A stretch of 63,889 bases of DNA, counting the filler, from Vicugna vicugna (taxonomy: Eukaryota), in the NCBI GenBank assembly GCA_013265495.1. It is 77 parts of 76 records of this genome, joined end to end, with 100 filler letters (N's around TTAATTAATTAA, not from the genome) between each part and the next. Parts side by side here need not be neighbours in the genome. Positions count along the whole stretch, not along the records: positions 37,905 to 39,030 come from MU062617.1; positions 39,131 to 40,021 come from MU062621.1; positions 40,122 to 40,931 come from MU062623.1; positions 41,032 to 41,554 come from MU062624.1; positions 41,655 to 42,813 come from MU062628.1; positions 42,914 to 43,384 come from MU062633.1; positions 43,485 to 44,165 come from PNXW01025352.1; positions 44,266 to 44,457 come from MU062635.1; 69 more parts are not named here. One strand, 5' to 3'. Both the position numbers and the translations under genes were made by a program. The notes below the pieces were generated by a model. The model worked only from the letters and a program-made list of their open reading frames with translations, was not told where the DNA came from and did no database searches. Shown piece after piece: positions 37,905-49,835 of the stretch (positions within the stretch are counted from its first letter, which is position 1; the number at the start of each line of letters is the position of its first letter).

Positions 37905-39030
37905 CTGGGATATCCTGCAAACCCCCCTAGCATTCGCTGGCACAGAGACGTTAGGAAAACTCAGGGGAGACGAGCTTAGGCATTCCGTTAGTACCCACGC
38001 GCTGCCGACCGTTCGTGGAACCTCCCCACGCTCAGGATTCCGGAACCATTGTCAGTGCGTGGGGGAGCTCGAGAGACAACTCCACGCAGCTGTCTTCAGT
38101 CACAGGTGTTCCCTGTTANNNNNNNNNNNNNNNNNNNNNNNNNNNNNNNNNNNNNNNNNNNNNNNNNNNNNNNNNNNNNNNNNNNNNNNNNNNNNNNNNN
38201 NNNNNNNNNNNNNNNNNNNNNNNNNNNNNNNNNNNNNNNNNNNNNNNNNNNNNNNNNNNNNNNNNNNNNNNNNNNNNNNNNNNNNNNNNNNNNNNNNNNN
38301 NNNNNNNNNNNNNNNNNNNNNNNNNNNNNNNNNNNNNNNNNNNNNNNNNNNNNNNNNNNNNNNNNNNNNNNNNNNNNNNNNNNNNNNNNNNNNNNNNNNN
38401 NNNNNNNNNNNNNNNNNNNNNNNNNNNNNNNNNNNNNNNNNNNNNNNNNNNNNNNNNNNNCCCTGGCACAGAGACATTAGGAAAAACCTCAGGGAAAACG
38501 AGCTTAGGCATTCCGTTTGAACCCACGCGCTGCCGACCGTTGGTGGAACCTGCACACGCTCAGGATTCCGGAACCATGCTCAGTGTGTGGGGGAGCTTGT
38601 GAGAAAACTCCAAGCAGCTCTCTTCAGTGACAGGTGTTCCCTGTTCGGTGAGGTCCGAGAAATAACTTCCCTGACCTTGGGGAGGCACCTCTGTCACTGG
38701 GATATCCTACAAACCCCCCTAGCATTCCCTGACACAGAGAAATTAGGAAAACACTCAGGGGTGACGAGCTTACGCATTCCGTTAGAACCCACGCGCTGCC
38801 GACCGTTGGTGGAACCTCCCCACGCTCAGGATTCCGGAACCATTGTCAGTGCATGGGGAGCTCGAGAGACAACTCCANNNNNNNNNNNNNNNNNNNNNNN
38901 NNNNNNNNNNNNNNNNNNNNNNNNNNNNNNNNNNNNNNNNNNNNNNNNNNNNNNNNNNNNNNNNNNNNNNNNNNNCCCCCCTAGGATTCCCTGGCAGAGA
39001 GAAATTAAGAAAACCCTCAGGGGAGACGAG
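37905..39030 (+). repeat. GC-rich 267-bp satellite (AAACCCCCCT variant)
   Basis: Tandem monomers. Confidence 0.96.
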
Positions 39031-39130
39031 NNNNNNNNNNNNNNNNNNNNNNNNNNNNNNNNNNNNNNNNNNNNTTAATTAATTAANNNNNNNNNNNNNN
39101 NNNNNNNNNNNNNNNNNNNNNNNNNNNNNN

Positions 39131-39560
39131 CAAACATACACGGAGAAATAAAAAATAACCTGTACCCAGCAAGGAAAATTCACAAGACCTGAATCCTACC
39201 AAAAATATCCTATAAAGAATCAGGAGAACAAGAGCCATAATAACTTGAAAAACTAATTAATCGAAGCTTGACCTGGAATTGCCCAGACAGACAAGCAGAC
39301 AAAAGCAATGTTTATAACTTTATTCCAATTTTTTCTTGAGATCAAGGAAAGATTGAACCTGGTAAGTGGAGACATGAAATATTGAAAAATAATGCAAATT
39401 GAACTTCTACAAATGAAACCCACAGCAACTAAGATCAAAATACACAGGGTCAGTCTGACAGCACTTAGACGTCGGAAAAGAAAAGATGAGTGAACTTGAT
39501 GACATAGCAACCGAACCTAAACTCTTCAAATCCAAACACAGAGAAAGTATGACCCCAAAA
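39131..39560 (+). mobile_element. Old L1 5'/ORF1-like fragment
   Basis: A-rich, with GCAAATTGAACTTCTACAAATGAAACC...AAAGATGAGTGAACTTGATGACATAGCAA, typical of L1M ORF1. Confidence 0.55.
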
Positions 39561-40149
39561 ATGACCAGGGACATCACCCCGTCTCTAACACACCACTCAT
39601 GCAGCCTGAGAGAAAGTCTATTGTTAACCTGCTTCCCACATCATTCAAAGCTCTGGAATCTCTGAATGAAACTCGGTTGCTGCGGGTAGGACAGGCAAAT
39701 TCCAAGAATCAGCTGGACTGAGAAAGACCTAGGAGGCCAGCAGGAGGGACTGAGAGTTTCCGCGGGGACAGAGACCTGAGCTCCTGAGGCGACTGGGCAC
39801 ACGGAATTGGGGTGGGGGCTCAGCTCACTCCAGCATGAACCCAGCTTAACTAATTACATCTGAACTGGCTCCAGTTTTGAATAAGGTCCCACTCTCAGGC
39901 ACTGCCGGTTAGGACTTCAGCTGGTGAGTGTGAGGGGTCCCACATACTTGTGTGCACTTTGGGGTGGCCAGAAATCTTTGTCAGTGTCAAATGTCACAAC
40001 CCCAAAACTTTGTTCCTTCATNNNNNNNNNNNNNNNNNNNNNNNNNNNNNNNNNNNNNNNNNNNNTTAATTAATTAANNNNNNNNNNNNNNNNNNNNNNN
40101 NNNNNNNNNNNNNNNNNNNNNTCTTCCTGGCTGGCCCTGCCCACCCCCC

Positions 40150-40284
40150 GGACCCTTAAGGATAAATAGCATTGCTCAGAAAATGGCAAACGCCGCTAAC
40201 TGACACACCAAAGCTGCATGGTCTGGGCTTTCCTCCAACCCAGGCACAGCCCTGCCCCCCCTCAGCCTCAGTCTGCAGCCCTCG
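40150..40284. repeat. Low-copy paralogous segment (inverted copy of 11628-11768)
   Basis: Direct alignment by eye. Confidence 0.85.
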
Positions 40285-41031
40285 AGAAGATCTAATTCNN
40301 NNNNNNNNNNNNNNNNNNNNNNNNNNNNNNNNNNNNNNNNNNNNNNNNNNNNNNNNNNNNNNNNNNNNNNNNNNNNNNNNNNNNNNNNNNNNNNNNNNNN
40401 ACTTGGATGAAAAATGGCATCTTAAAAATGCCTCATGTCCACCATTTACTCTGGAATTCGATTCCTGGCAGGTATCTCCCAGACTCCCCATTTTAGTAAC
40501 AGCCCCAGCACCCACCTAGTTGTCTGAGGTCACATTCAATTTCCACTCTTCCCTCCCCCAGGCCCTGCCCTGTAATCAGTCCTGTTATTTATGGCAATAA
40601 GTCCATCTCAAGTGTGGTTCTGCAGGGAACATTGCCGGAACCCTACAAGCTCACAGCATGGTGCACTGAATAACAGTCCTCCGTAGGGTGCTCCCCGGCG
40701 GGGGAGGCATCTCCTGCCACTGGCCATCTCAGAAGGCACTGGATTCTCACACAGGAGGCCCAGGAGAAGGGAGTCAAGGTTCTCCCGTGGTCTGAGCTTT
40801 GAAGGGCCCGAGGTCTGGGGGAGCTCCTAATTAGCAGACACACTTGAAAGTGAGCAGATGAGGATGAGGGAACCCAGGCAAGGCTATTCTCACTCCAACT
40901 CCTGGGCTCACGGGAGCCACGGGAAAGGCCTNNNNNNNNNNNNNNNNNNNNNNNNNNNNNNNNNNNNNNNNNNNNTTAATTAATTAANNNNNNNNNNNNN
41001 NNNNNNNNNNNNNNNNNNNNNNNNNNNNNNN

Positions 41032-41554
41032 AAAACTATTAGAAATAATTGAAGACTTCAGCAAGGTAGCAGGTTAGAAGATTAACATACAAAAATAGTT
41101 ACATTTCTTTACACTAATGATGAACCAAAAGGACAAGTAAGTAAATAAACAATCCCCTTTAAAATAGCACCCAAAATAATAAAACACCTAGTCATAAAAA
41201 TAACCAAGGAGGTGAAAGACTTACACATGGAGAACTATAAAACACTGATTAAAGAAATTAAAGAAGACTATTTTNNNNNNNNNNNNNNNNNNNNNNNNNN
41301 NNNNNNNNNNNNNNNNNNNNNNNNNNNNNNNNNNNNNNNNNNNNNNNNNNNNNNNNNNAATCTACAGATGCAATTCCTATCAAATTACCTAGGACATAGT
41401 TCATAGAAGTAGAACAAATAATAATCAAATTTATATGGAACCATAGAAGACCTAGAATTTCAAAAGCATTACTTAAAAAAAAGTAAGAGGTTGGAGGAAT
41501 AACCCTCCTAGACTTCAGACAATCCTATAGAGTTACAGGCATCAAAACAGCATG
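41032..41554 (+). mobile_element. L1 ORF2 fragment
   Basis: [44 protein letters not shown]...GGAGGAATAACCCTCCTAGACTTCAGAC. Confidence 0.9.
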
Positions 41555-41654
41555 NNNNNNNNNNNNNNNNNNNNNNNNNNNNNNNNNNNNNNNNNNNNTT
41601 AATTAATTAANNNNNNNNNNNNNNNNNNNNNNNNNNNNNNNNNNNNNNNNNNNN

Positions 41655-42568
41655 AGGTTAATAGATGTAACAAGGATTTAGGTTACACAACTCAAGGTGG
41701 AAAACAAAATTCCAATCAAAAACAAGAACAGAGTACCTGAGTTAATATTTTTCCAAAGAAAACATACAGATGAGTAACAGGTAAGTGATAAAATTGCTCA
41801 ACATTACTAATTATTAGGTAATTGCAAATCAAAACCAAAATGAGGTACCATTTCACACTGGTCAAATGGCTATTATCAAAATGTCTACAAATAGTAAGTG
41901 TTGCAGAAGATGTGAAGGTAAGAAATCTCTTGTATACTCTTGGTAGTAATGTAAATTGGTACAACTTCTTTTGAAAAGAGTATTCAGATTTGTTTAAACA
42001 CTAAAAAGTTAACTACCATATGACCCAGTAATACCTCTCCTAGGAAAAATTNNNNNNNNNNNNNNNNNNNNNNNNNNNNNNNNNNNNNNNNNNNNNNNNN
42101 NNNNNNNNNNNNNNNNNNNNNNNNNNNNNNNNNNNNNNNNNNNNNNNNNNNNNNNNNNNNNNNNNNNNNNNNNNNNNNNNNNNNNNNNNNNNNNNNNNNN
42201 NNNNNNNNNNNNNNNNNNNNNNNNNNNNNNNNNNNNNNNNNNNNNNNNNNNNNNNNNNNNNNNNNNNNNNNNNNNNNNNNNNNNNNNNNNNNNNNNNNNN
42301 NNNNNNNNNNNNNNNNNNNNNNNNNNNNNNNNNNNNNNNNNNNNNNNNNNNNNNNNNNNNNNNNNNNNNNNNNNNNNNNNNNNNNNNNNNNNNNNNNNNN
42401 NNNNNNNNNNNNNNNNNNNNNNNNNNNNNNNNNNNNNNNNNNNNNNNNNNNNNNNNNNNNNNNNNNNNNNNNNNNNNNNNNNNNNNNNNNNNNNNNNNNN
42501 NNNNNNNNNNNNNNNNNNNNNNNNNNNNNNNNNNNNNNNNNNNTAGATAGATAGATAGATAAATAGAT

Positions 42569-42622
<54 letters not shown>

Positions 42623-42813
42623 AACATGGTGTAGAGGTAAAGAGATTAGATAGACAAGACTTAAGCAGACTCAAAGATATGGGAAAAAATTTATGTTCAC
42701 CAAAGTGGAAGGGAAAGAGATTTTAATGGAAGAATATTGACAGAAAGAAAGTAGTATATATAAAGGAAAGAAGCAACATTGATAATCTGTATAGATCATC
42801 GAATTATACACAA
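41655..42813 (+). mobile_element. Degraded L1 3' end with an embedded (GATA)n tract
   Basis: TGCAAATCAAAACCAAAATGAGGTACCATTTCACAC...ACTACCATATGACCCAG, with L1 3' UTR-like sequence after the gap. Confidence 0.85.
42544..42622 (+). repeat. (GATA)n microsatellite
   Basis: About 19 TAGA units with two interruptions. Confidence 0.97.
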
Positions 42814-43041
42814 NNNNNNNNNNNNNNNNNNNNNNNNNNNNNNNNNNNNNNNNNNNNTTAATTAATTAANNNNNNNNNNNNNNNNNNNNNNNNNNNNNNN
42901 NNNNNNNNNNNNNGAAGAGTCTATCACATCAAGTCTAAGCTTCCAGTATTTAAAATTAAATGAAAATTTTGCAGAAAATAATTGACTTGCTCCCAGCACA
43001 TCAACTTGTCAGGCAAGAGCTGGGTGGAATAATACTTCACA

Positions 43042-43270
43042 TCAGAGGACTGCAAACTTCTTCTGTAAGGAGCCAGAGAGTGAATATCATATGTTTTGTG
43101 GTCCATGTTGGTTCTGCTGAAATTGTTCAATTCTGTACTTNNNNNNNNNNNNNNNNNNNNNCATACCCAATACGTAAATGAATGTGTGTCTTTGTTGCAA
43201 TAAAATTTTATTTATAAAAGCAAGCCACAGACCAGGTTTGGCTCTTAGGTAATGGTTGGCTGACCTCTGC
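43042..43270 (+). mobile_element. MER58A-like hAT DNA transposon
   Basis: CAGAGGACTGCAAACTTCTTCTGTAAGGAGCCAGAGAGTGAATAT...CAATAAAATTTTATTTATAAAA...TTGGCTGACCTCTG, with CAGAGG/CCTCTG inverted termini. Confidence 0.75.
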
Positions 43271-43484
43271 TTCCTAGCAAAGCCCTAATAAATATTCTTC
43301 TTTGGCTAAATAGTGAATGGGAGCTTGTAAAACCAAAGGCATTCTGAGGGGATGACACAGCCCCATATGAGGTGGTAGCCAGCANNNNNNNNNNNNNNNN
43401 NNNNNNNNNNNNNNNNNNNNNNNNNNNNTTAATTAATTAANNNNNNNNNNNNNNNNNNNNNNNNNNNNNNNNNNNNNNNNNNNN

Positions 43485-44165
43485 AAGGTATTGAATATAG
43501 TTCCTTGTGCTGTACAGTAGGGCCTTGTTATTTATCTGTTTTATATATAGTAGTTAGTATCTGCAAACCCCAAACTCCCAATTTATTCCTCCACCCTGCT
43601 TTCTCCCCTGGTAACCATAGTTTGTTTTCTTTGTCTGTGAGTCTGTTTCTGTTTTGTAAATAAGTTCCTTTGTGTCATTTTTTTTAGATTCTACATGTAA
43701 ATGATATCATATGGTATTTTTTTTTCTTTCTGGCTTACTTCACTTAGTATGACCATCTCCAGGTCCATCCATGTTGCTGCAAATGGCATTCTTTCTTTCT
43801 ATTTTATGGCAGAGTAGTATTCCACTGCGTGCACGCACAGCGCGCACACACACACGCACCCCCGACATCTTTATCCGATCATCTGTTGATGGACATTTAG
43901 GTTGTTTCCACGTCCTGGCTATTGTAAATAGTGCTGTTATGAACATTGGGCTGCGTGTGTCTTTTCAAATTTCAGTTTCCTCTGGATATATGCCCAGGAG
44001 TGGAATTGCTGGATCATAGGGTAAGTTTATTTTTAGTTTTTTAAGGAATCTCCATATTGTTTTCCATAATGGCTGCACCAAATGACATTCCCACCAACAG
44101 TGTACCCTTTTCTCTGCACGCTCTCCAGCATTTATTGTTTGTGGACTTTTTAATGATAGCCATTC
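43485..44165 (-). mobile_element. L1 3' end
   Basis: MFITALFTIARTWKQPKCPSTDD...AICSNMDGP, homologous to 9660-10320. Confidence 0.93.
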
Positions 44166-44265
44166 NNNNNNNNNNNNNNNNNNNNNNNNNNNNNNNNNNN
44201 NNNNNNNNNTTAATTAATTAANNNNNNNNNNNNNNNNNNNNNNNNNNNNNNNNNNNNNNNNNNNN

Positions 44266-44457
44266 AAAGCTTCCAGGCTCCGCTTCTGGATGCCAAGGAC
44301 ATGGACAGCTTGGAAGCATGCTTCTAACTCAGTCACCGGCATTTTTACACTGCAGGGGAAACGGAGGCACCCAGTCAAGGGTAGAGATGTTCCTGTCGTG
44401 TCTCACAGTCCATGCCTCGTGGATTCAGTGCCCTGCAGCAGCCCGGCCCCAGGCAAG
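44266..44457. repeat. Low-copy paralogous segment (inverted copy at 56851-57035)
   Basis: GCATGCTTCTAACTCAGTCACCGGCATT.TTACACTGCAGGGGAAACGGAGGC is shared. Confidence 0.88.
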
Positions 44458-44537
44458 NNNNNNNNNNNNNNNNNNNNNNNNNNNNNNNNNNNNNNNNNNN
44501 NTTAATTAATTAANNNNNNNNNNNNNNNNNNNNNNNN

Positions 44538-45837
44538 NNNNNNNNNNNNNNNNNNNNCCTTCACCCCAGAGAAGACAGAAACCCAGCATTTGCTGAATCT
44601 AGTGGAAGGCCATCGTTTTTTGTGTGAGCTAAGTTTTCAATTCCTATCTGTTTCAGTCGAGACTATTTGCCCTTTAAGGAGTTCACTGTTGTTCACAGAG
44701 TGTGAAGCTGGAGGAACTCTGATTCGAGGAGGGGCTTGCTCTTCTCGTACTGGCTTCATTGCAGCTCAGGTACTGATCCTTCCAAATGGATGCCTGAGTG
44801 GAGNNNNNNNNNNNNNNNNNNNNNNNNNNNNNNNNNNNNNNNNNNNNNNNNNNNNNNNNNNNNNNNNNNNNNNNNNNNNNNNNNNNNNNNNNNNNNNNNN
44901 NNNNNNNNNNNNNNNNNNNNNNNNNNNNNNNNNNNNNNNNNNNNNNNNNNNNNNNNNNNNNNNNNNNNNNNNNNNNNNNNNNNNNNNNNNNNNNNNNNNN
45001 NNNNNNNNNNNNNNNNNNNNNNNNNNNNNNNNNNNNNNNNNNNNNNNNNNNNNNNNNNNNNNNNNNNNNNNNNNNNNNNNNNNNNNNNNNNNNNNNNNNN
45101 NNNNGACTTCGAGCATCCTCTACAGCTGTCTCCAGGCCAGTATTCTCCATTGTAGCAGGACATCTCTCATCAATTTGTACGCATCTCTCCTGAATCCATG
45201 CAGCCAGCTTTTCGGCCAGCTTCTCTTCGTGTCTCCCATAAAGCCGACTTCAACAGGACTGGGCAAGTCTGAAAGGACCTCGGAGCCTCACCAGTAAGCT
45301 GATGCCAGGCAGATCTTCCACTGTCTGCCCTTTCAGGTTCTGGAAACCGACCCGTGAACTCAGGTCTTTGGGCAGCAGTATCTCGAAATTACACAGCTTT
45401 CCGGACCGAAGACTTAAGCCAATCCCCACAGAGGGCGGCAGTCCCTCCATCACACTTATCCACCCACAAAACTCTGCCCGGTTACCTAAGATCCACCAGC
45501 CACAACAAGCCTCGCGGTACACACCAACATTCCACCTGGAATCCAACCGGTAACTGCCATCCCCAATGGCTGCTGCATCTTGTCAGTGTTGGGGGAGGGG
45601 CTGCATCCGACGAGAGGTTCCTAAGGTAAATGTGATTCTACCCACTAGCGTCCCAGGGGCCTTTGTTCTTCCCTCTATCCTTATGTTCAGATCTCTATGC
45701 ACAGTACCAACGGAGGGAAGTGTGTCCATTTTCAGTTGATGGTTTCACACGTCTTTAAACTTTCTAATGGTTCACAGAACACAGAGACCGAATTAAGGAA
45801 ACTTATGTTCCTGTAATATCCGTACACCCGGAATACA
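44538..45837. repeat. Scaffold carrying a paralog of 16335-16918
   Basis: 44538-44803 is the reverse complement of about 16640-16889. The remainder is unassigned. Confidence 0.75.
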
Positions 45838-45937
45838 NNNNNNNNNNNNNNNNNNNNNNNNNNNNNNNNNNNNNNNNNNNNTTAATTAATTAANNNNNNN
45901 NNNNNNNNNNNNNNNNNNNNNNNNNNNNNNNNNNNNN

Positions 45938-45996
45938 TTTGTGGGATCAAATGTGATTCTTGAAACAGGTGATAGGAAGAAGCTACAAAGTCAAAG
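45938..45996 (-). repeat. AT-rich ~740-bp satellite fragment
   Basis: GGGATCAAATGTGATTCTTGAAACAGGTGATAGGAAGAAGCTAC. Confidence 0.9.
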
Positions 45997-46681
45997 NNNN
46001 NNNNNNNNNNNNNNNNNNNNNNNNNNNNNNNNNNNNNNNNTTAATTAATTAANNNNNNNNNNNNNNNNNNNNNNNNNNNNNNNNNNNNNNNNNNNNTGGA
46101 TGTCACACATCAGGGCCTGCTGGAATGATCCCGCAGACTTATCTTGGTGTCCTCTGTGCCGTACCGTGCCGGTGCCATTCAAAACGTAGCATCCGCTTTT
46201 GGGAGATAGTGCTGAAGGAAATGCTTCCTCTTCTCACGCTGTGGACTTGGACCACTCTTCCTTGTACTCTCATCCTTGTGGCACGGTTGCACGAAGGCAA
46301 CCACAGAGCTGTTGCACATCCTGTACCTCAAAACGAACCATAATCCCAGCCCTGGTTATGAATGTAGCAGATCCTAAGACTTTTCATTCTGAATTCAAAC
46401 CCAAGGCCCCCTGGATCCCTCAGACCNNNNNNNNNNNNNNNNNNNNNNNNNNNNNNNNNNNNNNNNNNNNNNNNNNNNNNNNNNNNNNNNNNNNNNNNNN
46501 NNNNNNNNNNNNGACATATCGGTAATCTCAACCGCCCGACCAGTGTGGTTGCTTTATCATTGGTACACAGTTCGGTTTGCTNNNNNNNNNNNNNNNNNNN
46601 NNNNNNNNNNNNNNNNNNNNNNNNNTTAATTAATTAANNNNNNNNNNNNNNNNNNNNNNNNNNNNNNNNNNNNNNNNNNNN

Positions 46682-47174
46682 TGTACGGAACACGGAATAT
46701 CACATAGATTGAATCTATTCAAATTATATATCTCTAGGGAAGAATTCGCTAAAAGATGGTTTTTCTGGGTTCCAAGTGTGATTCTTGAAACTGGTGATAG
46801 GAAGAAGCTACGGAATCAAAGTAAATATTTCAGAGTGCATACTTAACTTGTTTGGTGCTTGAAAATTCAGTCATGCACATGTTCACAAATCAGAAATGCA
46901 AGTTTGAGGAATCCGTGTTGCATGAAACAAGTTCATAATACGGAATACCATGGTTACGTAAACAATGTAAATTACATGTGTATTGGTGAGAATTCGCTCA
47001 AAGAGTGTTTTCTGGTGCCAGATGTCCGATTTTAGAACCTGGTGATAGAAAAATACCGATTTTAGGGTGATAGAAAAATCTATGAATCCAGAGTAAATAA
47101 TTCTAAGTGTATATACGCATTGTTTGGTAGATTAAAGGTCAGTAATCCACATGCTCACAAGTCAGAAATGCATG
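46682..47174 (-). repeat. AT-rich ~740-bp satellite
   Basis: Reverse complement of the 22589 unit, with a small internal duplication at 47026-47078. Confidence 0.93.
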
Positions 47175-47517
47175 NNNNNNNNNNNNNNNNNNNNNNNNNN
47201 NNNNNNNNNNNNNNNNNNTTAATTAATTAANNNNNNNNNNNNNNNNNNNNNNNNNNNNNNNNNNNNNNNNNNNNGAGGAACAAATTGTGGAGTTTGGACG
47301 GAGGGAAGACTTCCTTGGGGAACAGTCAAAATCAGCCTGGATGCAAGTGGGAATTAGGAGCAGGTCAAGGGGCCCCTGAGGTCACTGGGGACCTGTGTAC
47401 TGAGGTGATGCTAGGTGAGCAGTGACTGGGGTGGGGCTAGAATTCCACCAGGGAACCTCTGAAGGGTTTGAGGTGGGGTGATGTAATCAAATTTGTGATT
47501 TGGGAAGGCTGCCGTGG

Positions 47518-47520
<3 letters not shown>

Positions 47521-47553
<33 letters not shown>
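47521..47553 (+). repeat. (TG)16 microsatellite
   Basis: Perfect TG run. Confidence 0.97.
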
Positions 47554-47555
<2 letters not shown>

Positions 47556-47781
47556 CGGGGAAGAGGGGGTGGGAGGGTGTCATTAGAAGACCATTCACAG
47601 GCTGGGAGAAGGGCGTCGGGGATGCTTGGGGACTGTAGGGGCAGTGTGGATGCTGGATTTCCTTATGGGGGCTTGTTAGCGNNNNNNNNNNNNNNNNNNN
47701 NNNNNNNNNNNNNNNNNNNNNNNNNTTAATTAATTAANNNNNNNNNNNNNNNNNNNNNNNNNNNNNNNNNNNNNNNNNNNN

Positions 47782-48695
47782 GGGAAACCCTTACTCTGGT
47801 TTCTCCGTCTGTTTCCTAGTTCCTGTATGATGTGCCTGCCGTTTTCTCTGTAAACCCGAATTGGAGCTTGTACCTCCCCATATATATGTATGGAGTGGAG
47901 TTGGCAACTGAAAAGAAACTTTGTGTTCCCTTCAAGCTAGGTGAAGGACGGCTTTCACACACAATTATCTCTCAGAACTGAGCATGTGGAGAGACGTTCG
48001 TTCATCCAACACAAAGGGAACGGTTTGCAGGAGAAACCCTTACTCTGGTTTCTCCGTCTGTTTCCTAGTACCTGTTTGATGTGCCCGCCGTTTTCACTGT
48101 AAACCCGAATTGGAGCTTGTACCTCCCCATATATATGTATGGAGTGGAGTTGGCAACTGAAAAGAAACTTTGTGTTCCCTTCAAGCTAGGTGAAGGACGG
48201 CTTTCACNNNNNNNNNNNNNNNNNNNNNNNNNNNNNNNNNNNNNNNNNNNNNNNNNNNNNNNNNNNNNNNNNNNNNNNNNNNNNNNNNNNNNNNNNNNNN
48301 NNNNNNNNNNNNNNNNNNNNNNNNNNNNNNNNNNNNNNNNNNNNNNNNNNNNNNNNNNNNNNNNNNNNNNNNNNNNNNNNNNNNNNNNNNNNNNNNNNNN
48401 NNNNNNNNNNNNNNNNNNNNNNTTTGTGTTCCCGTCAAGCTAGATGAAGGACGGCTTTGACACACACTCAACTCTCAGAACTGAGCATGTGGAGAGACGT
48501 TCGTTCATCCATCACAAATGGAAATGGTTGCAGGAGAAACACTTACACTGGATTCTCAGTGTGTTTCCTAGTGCCGGTTTGAAGTTCCTGAGGTTTGCTC
48601 TGTAAAGCCGAGTTAGAGCTTATTCCTCAACATATATATCTATAGAGTGAATTTGGCAACTGACAAGAAACTTTGTGTTCCCTTCAAGCTAGGTG
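47782..48695 (+). repeat. 249-bp satellite
   Basis: TATATATGTATGGAGTGGAG at 47881 and 48130; AAACCCTTACTCTGG at 47785 and 48034. Confidence 0.96.
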
Positions 48696-48795
48696 NNNNN
48701 NNNNNNNNNNNNNNNNNNNNNNNNNNNNNNNNNNNNNNNTTAATTAATTAANNNNNNNNNNNNNNNNNNNNNNNNNNNNNNNNNNNNNNNNNNNN

Positions 48796-49735
48796 AACAT
48801 AGAGATGAGACTATAGCTACAATAACAGAGAAAAACAAGAGTGCCATCAATGTGTCAGAATTTTTCAGAAGTTTCTGTCAGTAAAGAAGATTTCCAGTTT
48901 CAGATTCTACAGAGAAACAAAACCAGGGAAACCACAGTTCAAATCAATAACAAAAGTACATTGTTGATGCTGTAGGACTATTTCAAGGGATATATAAACC
49001 AAGCTCAACAGAACTGTATTGAACCCTCTGGCTTTCACTAGGGTTATTAAGTGGGAAGCTGCCGAATAAGTGTGTTGGCCAATCCATGTCAGCACTAAAG
49101 AATGAGGGAAATGCCTTAGGGAAGTTATAACTTCTACATATTCCTGCCCTTCCCACATACTCAACAGAAATAGTACATAGAACAAACACTGGTGAACAAG
49201 AATTAGCCATTAAAAAGTTAGAAAAATAATCAGAGAGAAAACAAATTCCATAAAGGAAAGTCACTAAANNNNNNNNNNNNNNNNNNNNNNNNNNNNNNNN
49301 NNNNNNNNNNNNNNNNNNNNNNNNNNNNNNNNNNNNNNNNNNNNNNNNNNNNNNNNNNNNNNNNNNNNNNNNNNNNNNNNNNNNNNNNNNNTAGAATTCT
49401 TAAATGAAACAGCTTATTTAACTAACAAAAGAGAGCAAACTAGTGGAATGAAACCCAGAAAAAATATTCAAAAGCAAAGTAGAAAAATAGAACAATAGAG
49501 AAGATTTGAGAGAAGATTTAAATACATTGGACATAGATCTAGACATTCTAAACTTTACTTAATAGAAGAGAAATATACTTGAGAGGATGGAGGTATACAA
49601 ATAATTAAAAATAATTAAAATCAAAGAAAGAAACTATAAGTCTGATAAATGAGAAGAAAAAACTGTTGTATATGCTCAGTCAGAAAGAAATAGGTTATAT
49701 TGCAGTAAGAAACAATTTCCAAATCTTACTGGTAT
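48796..49735 (+). mobile_element. Possible very old L1 5'/ORF1 remnant
   Basis: Strongly A-rich, with weak L1 ORF1-like wording (AAATACATTGGACATAGATCTAGACATTCTAAAC). Weak call. Confidence 0.3.
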
Positions 49736-49835
49736 NNNNNNNNNNNNNNNNNNNNNNNNNNNNNNNNNNNNNNNNNNNNTTAATTAATTAANNNNNNNNN
49801 NNNNNNNNNNNNNNNNNNNNNNNNNNNNNNNNNNN

